In this document: positions 19,783-28,846 of the stretch, piece by piece
Numbering within the stretch: the first letter of the stretch is position 1
How the letters are laid out: every line of letters starts with the position of its first letter
Origin: an uncultured Verrucomicrobia subdivision 3 bacterium
GTDB taxonomy: Bacteria > Verrucomicrobiota > Verrucomicrobiia > Limisphaerales > UBA11358
DNA: 64,000 nucleotides
Reading direction: 5' to 3'
Assembly (NCBI GenBank): GCA_903820285.1
Contig: CAIJGS010000068.1
Span: 2,214-66,213 of the forward strand
Position numbers and translations under genes: made by a program
Notes under the pieces: generated by a model
Seen by the model: the letters and a program-made list of their open reading frames with translations, nothing else
The model's database searches: none
Told to the model about the DNA's origin: nothing

Positions 19783-19810
19783 AAACTAGAGAATTTTTAC
19801 GAAGAGTCAA
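19783..19810 (-). promoter_or_regulatory. candidate sigma70-type promoter for the tRNA-Gln gene
   Basis: On the minus strand, TTGACT (plus 19805..19810), a 16-nt spacer, then TAGTTT (plus 19783..19788). The -10 element ends about 14 nt upstream of the mature tRNA 5' end, so a TSS ~7 nt downstream of it would leave a leader of only ~8 nt. Confidence 0.35.
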
Positions 19811-19816
19811 GTTGCT

Positions 19817-21250
19817 ATGGCGCAAGAATACAAATTAATTTTGAAGTATGCCGATGAACCGGGTTACACACCGGACATCGAATGCTATCTGCGTCATGGT
19901 GGCTATGAGGGCCTGAAAAAGGCGCTCGCCATCCAGCCGAAGGATCTGCCGGACGGCAAAAAACTTTCCGGTCCCGAACAGATTCGCGAAGACGTGAAAG
20001 TCTCCGGTCTGCGTGGTCGTGGCGGTGCCGGTTTCTCCTGCGGTCTCAAGTGGAGTTTCGTGGATCGCCGCAGCGGCAAGCCGATTTATCTGATCTGCAA
20101 CGCCGATGAATCCGAGCCCGGCACCTTCAAGGACCGCCAGATCATGCACAAGGATCCGCATCAACTGATCGAGGGCATGATCATCTCCTGCTTCGCGAAT
20201 GACGTGAAGCTGGCCTACATTTACATCCGCGGCGAAATGCCCGAGGGCGCGAAGATTCTGAACCAGGCGCTCAAGGAAGCCCGCGCGAAGAATTTCCTCG
20301 GCAAAAACATTCTCGGCACCGGCTACGATCTGGAGATGCACGTGCATCGCGGTGCTGGCGCCTACATTTGCGGCGAAGAAACCGGCCTGATCGAATCACT
20401 CGAAGGCAAGCGGCCGTATCCCCGCATCAAGCCCCCGTATTTCCCGGCTGTACTCGGCCTGTGGATGTGCCCGACGATTGTTAACAACGTTGAAACGCTC
20501 TGCAATGTGAAGCACATTGTGGAAATGGGTGGCGCGGCGTTTGCCAAGCTTGGCACGCCGAACAACACGGGCACGCGCATCGTCAGCCTCAGCGGCCAGG
20601 TGAAGCGCCCCGGCTATTACGAAATCGAAGTCGGCAAGGCCACCTTGGGCGAGCTGATCAACGATCCGAAATTTGGCGGCGGTCTGCGCGATGGCCGCAA
20701 GCTCAAGGCCATCATTCCCGGCGGCTCGTCTTCGAAGGTTTTGAAAGCCGGCGAGAAGTTCAAGCTGAAGAAGAAGGACGCCGAAGGCAAGGAAATCGTT
20801 GTCGAAACCGACATGCTGGATCTGCCGTACGATTTTGATTCGCTGGCGCAGGCCGGCACCATGAGCGGTTCGAGCGCCATCATTGTGATGGATGACAGCG
20901 TGGACATTGTGGAAGCGCTGGCCAATCTCTCCGAATTTTACGCTCACGAAAGCTGCGGCCAGTGCACACCCTGCCGCGAAGGCGCATTGTGGATGAACAA
21001 GACCCTGCACCGGCTTACTCACGGTCAGGGCCGCAAGCAGGACGCCGACTACTTGGTCAAGACCGCCGACAATATTCCCGGCGGCCGCACGATTTGCGCT
21101 TTTGGCGAGGCCTGTTCCTGGCCGGTTCAGAGTTTTGTCGCCAAGTTTAAGGATGAATTCGTCGCCAAAGGCGCCGCGGATGAAGAACGCCGCGCGCAGG
21201 AAGCCGCCGGTACGGCGGAACCGAAACAACTGGCGCAAGCGCATCACTGA
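19817..21250 (+). CDS. nuoF: NADH-quinone oxidoreductase subunit F
   Basis: 51-kDa subunit with FMN/NADH motifs GLRGRGGAGF and 4Fe-4S ESCGQCTPCREG. Has a ~40-aa charged C-terminal tail. Confidence 0.95.
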   Translation: MAQEYKLILKYADEPGYTPDIECYLRHGGYEGLKKALAIQPKDLPDGKKLSGPEQIREDVKVSGLRGRGGAGFSCGLKWSFVDRRSGKPIYLICNADESEPGTFKDRQIMHKDPHQLIEGMIISCFANDVKLAYIYIRGEMPEGAKILNQALKEARAKNFLGKNILGTGYDLEMHVHRGAGAYICGEETGLIESLEGKRPYPRIKPPYFPAVLGLWMCPTIVNNVETLCNVKHIVEMGGAAFAKLGTPNNTGTRIVSLSGQVKRPGYYEIEVGKATLGELINDPKFGGGLRDGRKLKAIIPGGSSSKVLKAGEKFKLKKKDAEGKEIVVETDMLDLPYDFDSLAQAGTMSGSSAIIVMDDSVDIVEALANLSEFYAHESCGQCTPCREGALWMNKTLHRLTHGQGRKQDADYLVKTADNIPGGRTICAFGEACSWPVQSFVAKFKDEFVAKGAADEERRAQEAAGTAEPKQLAQAHH

Positions 21251-21255
21251 TTTTC

Positions 21256-22941
21256 ATGTCAACCGCTGCCACAACTGAAACGAAGCCCGCCGCACCCGTG
21301 ATTGAAAAAATCAAGGTGAAGGTGGATGGGCGCGAAATCGAAGTGCCGCGTCTGACGGCCGACTGGTCCGGCAAGCTCACGCCGACGACCATGATCCAGG
21401 CCTGCGAACAGGCCAAGACCGATGTGCCGCATTATTGCTGGCATCCCCAGCTGCCGGTCGCCGGCAATTGCCGCATGTGTCTCGTGGAGTTTGGCACGCC
21501 GGCGATGGGCCCTGACCGCAAACCGGTCATCAATCCCGATGGTACCGCGAAGATAGCGAAGTCCCCGCGACCGGCCATTGCCTGCGCCACCCCGATTTCA
21601 CCTGGGATGGAAATTTACACCACCACCCCGGCGGTGAAGCAGATGCGCGAAGGCGTGCTGGAATCCCTGCTGATCAACCATCCGCTGGACTGCCCGATTT
21701 GCGATCAGGCTGGCGAATGCAAGCTGCAGGAATACTCCGTTGATTACGGCCAGAGCGCGAGCCGTTTCGTGGAAGCCAAGGTGCACAAGCCCAAGGCCGT
21801 TGACCTCGGACCGCGGATCATGCTGGATGCCGAACGTTGCGTGCTTTGCACCCGTTGCATCCGTTTCACCCGCGACATCGCGGGCGATGACAAGCTGGGC
21901 ATCATCAATCGCGGCAGCTACAACACGATCGCGACGTTCCCTGGCACGCCGTTTGACAACAATTACACGCTGAACACGGTGGACATCTGCCCCGTGGGTG
22001 CGCTGACCTCGAAAGATTTCCGCTTTCAGATGCGCGTCTGGTTCCTCAAGGAAACCAAGAGCCTGTGCACGAGCTGCGGCACCGGTTGCAGCACGCTGCT
22101 CGGTTCCCGTGAAGAAAAACTGTTCCGCTATACCCCGCGCGACAACGCCGCGGTGAACGGTCCGTGGATGTGCGATGCCGGCCGCCTGAATTACAAGTGG
22201 ATCCAGCGCGCTGACCGCCTGAAGGAAGTGCAAGTTTTCGGCAAGAAAAACACGTGGGCCGGGGCGCTATACCAGATTTCCGACCGACTGAAGCGTGCCC
22301 AAGCCGGTTCCGTGGCGATTATTGCCTCTGCGCGTCAGACCAACGAGGAATTGTGGCTGATTTCAAAGCTCAAGGCCAAGCTCAGTGCCGTCAGCGATTC
22401 GGTTGCCCGCTTCGGCGAGGCCGACAAGCTGCTCGTGAGTGCGGATAAAAATCCGAACACGAACGGCGCGCGTCTGACCGGCATTTGCTTTACGGAAATC
22501 GGTTCCAACCTGCCGCAGATTGCGGCGGGTATCCAGAGCGGCAAGATCCGCACGTTGATTGTCTTCGGTGAAGACGTCACCAAGCACGGCCTCAGCGCCG
22601 ATCTGCTCGCCAAACTGGAAACATTGATTGTCAGTGACATTCTGCCGAATGAGACGGTCAAGCTGGCGCACTATGTGCTGCCCGGTGCCGCCCATGCGGA
22701 AAAGCGCGGTTCCTTTACGAACACCAAGGGTCGCGTGCAGAAATTCATGAAGGCGGTCGAAGCGCCTGGCGACGCGCGTGCGGAATGGGAATTCCTGCAT
22801 GAGCTGGTGCATAACGTCACCGGCCAGAACGGTTTTGTGACGATCGAAGGTTTGTTCAACGAAATGGCAAAGGATGTGCCCGCATTCAATGGTTTGAACT
22901 GGGCGGCCTTGGGAGATACCGGCGTGACGGTGCAAATTTAA
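21256..22941 (+). CDS. nuoG: NADH-quinone oxidoreductase subunit G (short form)
   Basis: 2Fe-2S and 4Fe-4S cysteine clusters (CWHPQLPVAGNCRMCLVE; HPLDCPICDQAGECKLQ; CVLCTRCIRF). Confidence 0.92.
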   Translation: MSTAATTETKPAAPVIEKIKVKVDGREIEVPRLTADWSGKLTPTTMIQACEQAKTDVPHYCWHPQLPVAGNCRMCLVEFGTPAMGPDRKPVINPDGTAKIAKSPRPAIACATPISPGMEIYTTTPAVKQMREGVLESLLINHPLDCPICDQAGECKLQEYSVDYGQSASRFVEAKVHKPKAVDLGPRIMLDAERCVLCTRCIRFTRDIAGDDKLGIINRGSYNTIATFPGTPFDNNYTLNTVDICPVGALTSKDFRFQMRVWFLKETKSLCTSCGTGCSTLLGSREEKLFRYTPRDNAAVNGPWMCDAGRLNYKWIQRADRLKEVQVFGKKNTWAGALYQISDRLKRAQAGSVAIIASARQTNEELWLISKLKAKLSAVSDSVARFGEADKLLVSADKNPNTNGARLTGICFTEIGSNLPQIAAGIQSGKIRTLIVFGEDVTKHGLSADLLAKLETLIVSDILPNETVKLAHYVLPGAAHAEKRGSFTNTKGRVQKFMKAVEAPGDARAEWEFLHELVHNVTGQNGFVTIEGLFNEMAKDVPAFNGLNWAALGDTGVTVQI

Positions 22942-22942
22942 C

Positions 22943-24010
22943 ATGGACTGGAATTTCATCATCTTCAGCCTGGTCAAGATCGCCGTGGTAGTCGGCGTCG
23001 TGCAGGGCATGGTGGCTTACTCGGTGTTGGCCGAGCGCAAAATCTCGGCTTGGATTCAGGATCGCGTGGGACCGAACCGCGCCGCGCCGCCGTTCATGAA
23101 GTATATCCCGGTGCTGGGTCCGTTCCTGACACGGCTCGGTATTTTTCAACCGTTGGCGGACGGTTTGAAGTTCATGTTCAAGGAAGACTTCACCCCGGCG
23201 GGTGTCCGTCAGATCTATTTCTGGCTGGCTCCAGCCATTGCGGTGGTTCCGGCCATGCTCACCGTGGCGGTCATCCCGTTCGGTTCCCAGATTGGCAATC
23301 AGCACATGGTCATTGCCGACTTGAATATTGGCATCCTGTACACGTTCGGCATCGTTTCGCTGGGTGTGTATGGCATTGTGCTGGCGGGTTATGCGGCCAA
23401 TTCCAAGTATCCTTTCTTTGGCGGCATCCGTTCGAGCGCACAGATGATTTCCTATGAAATCTCCATGGGCATGTCGATCATTCCGGTGCTCCTTATTGTT
23501 GGTAATTTGAATTTGAGCCAGATCATCAACTGGCAGTCCACGCACGGCTGGCTGGTGATGTACGCGCCGATTTCGTTCGTTATTTTCATGGTCGCTTCGT
23601 TTGCGGAAACGAACCGTACACCGTTCGATTTGCCGGAAGCCGAAACCGAACTGGTCGGCGGTTATCATACCGAGTACAGCTCCATGAAATTTGCGCTGTT
23701 CTTCCTGGCGGAATATTCGAACATGGTCGCGTCTTCGGCGATGATGGTCACGCTGTTCTTTGGCGGCTGGTCCCTGCCGTTCTTCGGTTTGGATCACGTC
23801 GCGGGTCCTGGTTCGCTGGGCCTGGGCATTGCTCATATCCTGATTTTCGTAGCCAAGCTGTTGTTTTTCATGGTGCTGTTCATCTGGGTGCGCTGGATGT
23901 TCCCGCGTTTCCGCTATGACCAGTTGATGGACTTGGGCTGGCGTCGGTTTTTACCGCTCGCTCTGGTAAACATTTTGATCACGGCCGTCTGGCTGTATCT
24001 GAGGAGTTGA
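22943..24010 (+). CDS. nuoH: NADH-quinone oxidoreductase subunit H
   Basis: 355 aa polytopic protein with the conserved AERKISAWIQDRVGPN and EAETELVGGYHTEYS motifs. Confidence 0.95.
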   Translation: MDWNFIIFSLVKIAVVVGVVQGMVAYSVLAERKISAWIQDRVGPNRAAPPFMKYIPVLGPFLTRLGIFQPLADGLKFMFKEDFTPAGVRQIYFWLAPAIAVVPAMLTVAVIPFGSQIGNQHMVIADLNIGILYTFGIVSLGVYGIVLAGYAANSKYPFFGGIRSSAQMISYEISMGMSIIPVLLIVGNLNLSQIINWQSTHGWLVMYAPISFVIFMVASFAETNRTPFDLPEAETELVGGYHTEYSSMKFALFFLAEYSNMVASSAMMVTLFFGGWSLPFFGLDHVAGPGSLGLGIAHILIFVAKLLFFMVLFIWVRWMFPRFRYDQLMDLGWRRFLPLALVNILITAVWLYLRS

Positions 24011-24011
24011 T

Positions 24012-24575
24012 ATGGCAATTACAGTCAACCGCAAACCGCTTTCGTTCTGGGAAAAACTTTATCTGCCGGCCATCGCCGGCGGATTGAAAGTGACCATCAA
24101 GCACGCCTACGGCTCGCTCTTCCAGGGCAAAGTCGTGACGATGGAATATCCGGAGCAGCGCTGGACCCTGCCAAAAAATTACCGTGGCGCGCCTTATCTG
24201 GTGAAAGACCAGGATGGTAGCACCAAGTGCGTGTCCTGCCAGCTCTGTGAATTTGTCTGCCCTCCGAAGGCCATCCGCATTACGCCCCCCGGCCAGGACG
24301 GGCAGGCTGCGGACCGCGCCAACGCGGAGAAGATGCCCAAGGAATTTGAGATCAACATGCTGCGCTGCATTTATTGCGGCATGTGCCAGGAGGTCTGTCC
24401 CGAAGAGGCGATTTTCCTGCAGAACGACTGGTCTCATATCGCCCATAACCGTGAAGAAATGATTTATAACAAGGAAAAGCTCCTCGCGCTCGGCGGCACG
24501 CACGGCGGCATCCAGAAGTGGAAACACAAGCTGGAGGAAGCCGAAGCGCAGGAAAGTTTTCCCGTGAAAGTCTGA
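24012..24575 (+). CDS. nuoI: NADH-quinone oxidoreductase subunit I
   Basis: Two ferredoxin-type 4Fe-4S motifs, CVSCQLCEFVCP and CIYCGMCQEVCP. Confidence 0.95.
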   Translation: MAITVNRKPLSFWEKLYLPAIAGGLKVTIKHAYGSLFQGKVVTMEYPEQRWTLPKNYRGAPYLVKDQDGSTKCVSCQLCEFVCPPKAIRITPPGQDGQAADRANAEKMPKEFEINMLRCIYCGMCQEVCPEEAIFLQNDWSHIAHNREEMIYNKEKLLALGGTHGGIQKWKHKLEEAEAQESFPVKV

Positions 24576-24578
24576 TCC

Positions 24579-25085
24579 ATGCCAGCATTGCCCGACATCC
24601 TGTTTTATGTATTTGCGGCCCTGACGCTGTTGTGCGGCGTTTTGGTCGTTGCAAACCCGTTGAGTCGCAGCCCGGTCACCAGCGCCATGTTTCTGGTGCT
24701 GACCATCATTTCGATGTCCGGCCTGTTCGTGCTGCTGCACGCCTTTTTCCTCGGCATCGTCCAGATCATCGTTTATGCCGGTGCCGTGATGGTGCTCTTT
24801 CTGTTCGTCATCATGTTGCTGGACCTGAAGGAAGAAGCCCGGCGCAAGTTCAAGTTCTTTGGCATTGGCGCCGGTCTGATTTCCTTTGCCGCGATCGTTT
24901 TCATCATGCTGAAGTCGCTGAAGAGCGCTGCACCGGATGCCAACAACCCCGTAGGCGATGGTGATACCGCCTCGCTGGGCAAACTATTATTCACGCAATA
25001 CACCCTGCCGTTTGAAGTCGTCTCCGTGCTGCTGCTGGTGGCGATGGTGGGTGTCATTTTGCTGTGCAAAAAGAAACTGGAATGA
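24579..25085 (+). CDS. nuoJ: NADH-quinone oxidoreductase subunit J
   Basis: 168 aa, 5-TM protein in the conserved operon position, with the VYAGAVMVLFLFVIMLL motif. Confidence 0.9.
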   Translation: MPALPDILFYVFAALTLLCGVLVVANPLSRSPVTSAMFLVLTIISMSGLFVLLHAFFLGIVQIIVYAGAVMVLFLFVIMLLDLKEEARRKFKFFGIGAGLISFAAIVFIMLKSLKSAAPDANNPVGDGDTASLGKLLFTQYTLPFEVVSVLLLVAMVGVILLCKKKLE

Positions 25086-25127
25086 ACCGTCGCCGGGCCG
25101 CACGCCTGGCGGAATAAAAAATTTAAC

Positions 25128-25433
25128 ATGCACGTTGGACTCGAACATTATCTGACCGTGAGTTTTCTGCTGTTCAGCCTGGGGCTGCTCGGCGTGATCC
25201 TCCGGCGCAACCTGCTCGTGATTTACATGTCACTGGAGCTGATGCTGAACTCCGCCAACCTGGCGCTGGTCTCGTTTTCGCGGTACAACGGCAAGCTGGA
25301 CGGTCAGGTGCTCGTGTTTTTCATCATCACCGTTGCGGCCGCCGAAGTGGCGGTCGGCCTCGCGCTGATTGTCGCCCTGTATCGCAAACGTCAGTCCGCG
25401 CATGTCGAGGACCTGACGAGCATGAAACTGTGA
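25128..25433 (+). CDS. nuoK: NADH-quinone oxidoreductase subunit K
   Basis: 101 aa, 3-TM protein with the conserved SLELMLNSANL and AAAEVAVGLALIV motifs. Confidence 0.92.
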   Translation: MHVGLEHYLTVSFLLFSLGLLGVILRRNLLVIYMSLELMLNSANLALVSFSRYNGKLDGQVLVFFIITVAAAEVAVGLALIVALYRKRQSAHVEDLTSMKL

Positions 25434-25437
25434 AGCA

Positions 25438-27309
25438 ATGAAATTAGAAGCTCTGCCCTGGATTATCCTGTTCCTGCCGCTGCTGTCAGCGGCGGTGATA
25501 ACGCTTTTTACCCTGCGCTCCCGCACAGTCAGCTCGCTCATCTCCATCGGGGCGATCGTGGCCGGCTTTATCCTGACCCTGGCCTTTATCCATGCGAACG
25601 GTTTCCATCCGGCCGTAACGGAAACAGCCACCAGCTGGCTTTCGATTGATACCTTGCATGTGGATTTTGGTCTGAAGCTCGATGCCCTGAGCTTGATGAT
25701 GATGCTCATCGTCACCGGGGTGGGTGGTGCGATTCATATCTATTCGTTTGGCTACATGCACGAAGACCGCAGCATGGCCCGGTTCTTTGCCTTCCTGAGC
25801 CTGTTTACGTTCTCAATGCTCGGCATTGTGCTGGCGAACAATTTCCTCCAGATGTTCATCTTCTGGGAATTGGTCGGTGTGTCCAGCTATCTGCTCATCG
25901 GTTTCTGGTTTGAGAAGCCCAGTGCCGGCGACGCGGCTAAGAAGGCGTTCATCACGAACCGCCTTGGCGACTTCGGTTTCCTGTTCGGCATTTTGATGGT
26001 CTGGGGCGTGCTTGGCACCCTGAACTTTGGCGAAATCAATGCCCAGTTCCTGACCAATCCCGTCGCGCTCGGCGGCTTCGCCACGCTGGCTGGCTTGCTC
26101 ATTTTCTGCGGTACGCTCGGCAAATCCGCCCAGTTCCCGCTGCACGTCTGGCTCGCGGACGCGATGGAAGGTCCCACGCCCGTGTCCGCTTTGATCCATG
26201 CCGCCACGATGGTGGCCGCCGGTGTTTACATGCTGTGCCGCACGTTTGTGCTGTTTAACGCGGAAGCGTTGCATGTGATCTCCTATGTTGGCGGGTTCAC
26301 CGCCCTGCTCGCGGCCCTGATCGCCGTGCAGCAAAACGACATCAAGCGCATCCTCGCTTATTCGACACTTTCGCAGCTCGGTTACATGGTTATGGCGGTT
26401 GGTCTGACCGGGCCCACGCCCGCGATGTTCCACCTCACCACGCATGCGTTTTTCAAGGCGCTGCTGTTCCTCGGGGCCGGTTCCGTGATTCACGCGCTGC
26501 ATGAAGAACAGGACATCTGGAAGATGGGCGCACTGAAGAAGAAGATGCCCATTACCTTCTATACCTTCCTGTTTGGTACGCTGGCCTTGTGCGGGGTGCC
26601 TATTTTCAGCGGATTTTATTCCAAGGATTCGATTCTGGGCCTGGCGCTGGAACAGAAAAATTTTGTCTTGTTCGGAGTGGCTGTGTTCGTCGCCGCCTTG
26701 ACCACGTTCTACATGTTCCGCCTGTTCTTCGTGGCGTTCGTGGGCAACCCGCGCTCGGAAAAGGCCAAGCATGCGCATGAATCTCCGGCCGTCATGTCCT
26801 TCCCGCTGATTGCGCTGGCCGTACTGGCGGTGGCTGGCGGGTTTATCGGCGTGGTCAATGTTTACAATTCGCAATTCAAGCCGGATGCCGAATCCCTTTC
26901 GATCATCCAGCAGATCGTTGAGCCCATCCACGCGCCGGTTGGTTTGGCCTGCGGTCTGGGTGCGGTGGTTGTTGGTTTCCTGGCCGCTTTCACCTTGTAT
27001 AAAAATGCCGCCACCGATCCGTTGCCGGCCAAGTTGGGTCCGCTGGCCACGGCCATGAAGAACCGGTTCTATTTTGATGAAATCTACGAGGCGACCTTTA
27101 TCCGGGCGCATGACGCGATTGCCTGGGTGGCCGCGTTTGTGGATCGTTGGATTTTGGAAGGTTTCGTCATCGGTGGCGTTCGCGGCGGCACCGACATCTT
27201 TGGCCGCGGTTTGCGTTTGCTGCAAAGCGGCAATCTCCAGTGGTACGCCTTCATGTTTGTGACGGGCGTGGCCGTGGTGCTCTATTGGGTTTTGGTTTTT
27301 GGAAAATAA
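25438..27309 (+). CDS. nuoL: NADH-quinone oxidoreductase subunit L
   Basis: 623 aa antiporter-like subunit (FWELVGVSSYLLIGFW, GKSAQFPLHVWLADAMEGPTPVSALIHAATMV). Confidence 0.95.
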   Translation: MKLEALPWIILFLPLLSAAVITLFTLRSRTVSSLISIGAIVAGFILTLAFIHANGFHPAVTETATSWLSIDTLHVDFGLKLDALSLMMMLIVTGVGGAIHIYSFGYMHEDRSMARFFAFLSLFTFSMLGIVLANNFLQMFIFWELVGVSSYLLIGFWFEKPSAGDAAKKAFITNRLGDFGFLFGILMVWGVLGTLNFGEINAQFLTNPVALGGFATLAGLLIFCGTLGKSAQFPLHVWLADAMEGPTPVSALIHAATMVAAGVYMLCRTFVLFNAEALHVISYVGGFTALLAALIAVQQNDIKRILAYSTLSQLGYMVMAVGLTGPTPAMFHLTTHAFFKALLFLGAGSVIHALHEEQDIWKMGALKKKMPITFYTFLFGTLALCGVPIFSGFYSKDSILGLALEQKNFVLFGVAVFVAALTTFYMFRLFFVAFVGNPRSEKAKHAHESPAVMSFPLIALAVLAVAGGFIGVVNVYNSQFKPDAESLSIIQQIVEPIHAPVGLACGLGAVVVGFLAAFTLYKNAATDPLPAKLGPLATAMKNRFYFDEIYEATFIRAHDAIAWVAAFVDRWILEGFVIGGVRGGTDIFGRGLRLLQSGNLQWYAFMFVTGVAVVLYWVLVFGK

Positions 27310-27310
27310 A

Positions 27311-28846
27311 ATGTCCATTCTGACTTACATCGCAGGTTGGCCGCTGCTGGCGGCATTGGCGCTGGTCTTTATCCCGCGCAATTATCGCGTCATCATCCGC
27401 GCCGTCGCCATCTTGGGCACCCTGCTCTCCGCCGTGTCCGCCGTATGGATGTTCTGCCAGTACTCGTCCGCGCCCGTGGATGCCGATGGCTTCCGCTTTG
27501 TGCAGCAAATCCCCTGGGTGCAATCCCTCGGCATCAGCTATCACGTCGGGGTAGATGGCTTGAATGTCGGCTTGATCCTGATGGGCGCGATTGTCGGTCT
27601 GGCCGCGACCCTCTGCGCGTGGGAAATCCAGTCCCGCGAAAAAGAATTTTACGTGCTGCTGCTCATCATGACGGGCGGCATCCTCGGGGCGTTCGCCTCG
27701 CTGGACTTGTTCTTCTTCTATTTTCTCCATGAACTGGCGCTGGTGCCGACCTTTATCATGATTGGCGTCTGGGGCCGCGGCGAAAAGAAGAACTTCGCCA
27801 CCTTCCAGATCACGATTTATCTGAGCATCGGTGCGCTGATCGCCCTGATCGGCCTGATCGCCCTGTATCTGCAGAGTGGTGCGAACACCTTCGACATCCC
27901 GGCCATCATCAAGCATGTGCAGGCCAATCCGCTGGCGGTGAACGCGCAGAACTTCATCTTCCCGCTGCTGCTTTTCGGTTTCGGCATTCTGGTTTCGCTC
28001 TGGCCGTTCCATTCCTGGGCGCCGCTGGGTTATGGCGTGGCCCCGTCGCCCACCGCCATGTTGCATGCCGGTGTGCTTAAGAAATTCGGTCTGTACGGTC
28101 TAATCCGTGTCGCCCTGCCGCTCCTGCCGCAGGCGGCCCAACATTGGGCTCATATTATTGCCTGGCTCTGTGTCGGCAACATCCTCTATGTCGGCTGGGT
28201 GGCCATGCGCCAAAAGGACCTGAACCTGCTGATCGGTAATTCCAGCGTGGCGCACATGGGTTTTATTTTCCTTGGTATTGCCAGTCTGAACCTGATTGGT
28301 ATCACCGGTGCGGTGCTCATCATGGTGGCACACGGTTTCCTGGCGGCGCTGACCTTTGCGCTGAGTGGTTATATCTACCAGCAGACGGGTACACTCCAGA
28401 TGAACGACCTCGGCGGTCTCTGTCGCAAGCTGCCCTTTATCGGTACCGCGCTGCTGATGGCGGCCATGGCCGGTTGCGGTCTCCCTGGGTTTGCCAACTT
28501 TGTCGGCGAAGCCACCGTGTTCTTTGGTGCGTGGAAGATTTTCCCGACGGTGACGGTTATCGGTCTGTGGGGCGCCCTTGTTATTGGTGGCATTTACATG
28601 ACCCGCGCCGTGCGCCAGATTTTGCACGGCCCCCTGCCCGAACGCTGGAACACGCTGCCCGATGCCAACGCCTGGCGCAAACTGCCTTACGCGCTGCTGC
28701 TCGTGAGCCTGCTGGTATTCGGTTTTGTGCCGTCCCTGCTCACCTCGAAGATCAATCCTGACGCGCAGAAGGTTGTGAACCTCGCGAACGTCACCGTCCC
28801 CGCGAAACTGGTCGCGCAGGCTGAAATTTCTGGAGTCCGCAACTGA
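27311..28846 (+). CDS. nuoM: NADH-quinone oxidoreductase subunit M
   Basis: Antiporter-like subunit. ATG at 27311, just after the nuoL stop, is preferred over the track start at 27299. Confidence 0.93.
   Translation: MSILTYIAGWPLLAALALVFIPRNYRVIIRAVAILGTLLSAVSAVWMFCQYSSAPVDADGFRFVQQIPWVQSLGISYHVGVDGLNVGLILMGAIVGLAATLCAWEIQSREKEFYVLLLIMTGGILGAFASLDLFFFYFLHELALVPTFIMIGVWGRGEKKNFATFQITIYLSIGALIALIGLIALYLQSGANTFDIPAIIKHVQANPLAVNAQNFIFPLLLFGFGILVSLWPFHSWAPLGYGVAPSPTAMLHAGVLKKFGLYGLIRVALPLLPQAAQHWAHIIAWLCVGNILYVGWVAMRQKDLNLLIGNSSVAHMGFIFLGIASLNLIGITGAVLIMVAHGFLAALTFALSGYIYQQTGTLQMNDLGGLCRKLPFIGTALLMAAMAGCGLPGFANFVGEATVFFGAWKIFPTVTVIGLWGALVIGGIYMTRAVRQILHGPLPERWNTLPDANAWRKLPYALLLVSLLVFGFVPSLLTSKINPDAQKVVNLANVTVPAKLVAQAEISGVRN

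Noticed and set aside
25813-27318. Long antisense ORFs opposite nuoL (501 aa). Similar ones occur at 46220..47587, 49030..50265, 49871..51043, 54886..56091, 61148..62332, 38069..39337, 22886..23836 and 9215..10258.
   Set aside because: All lie opposite genes with strong motif support and have Arg/Gly/His-rich, motif-free translations. They are shadow ORFs of a high-GC genome.
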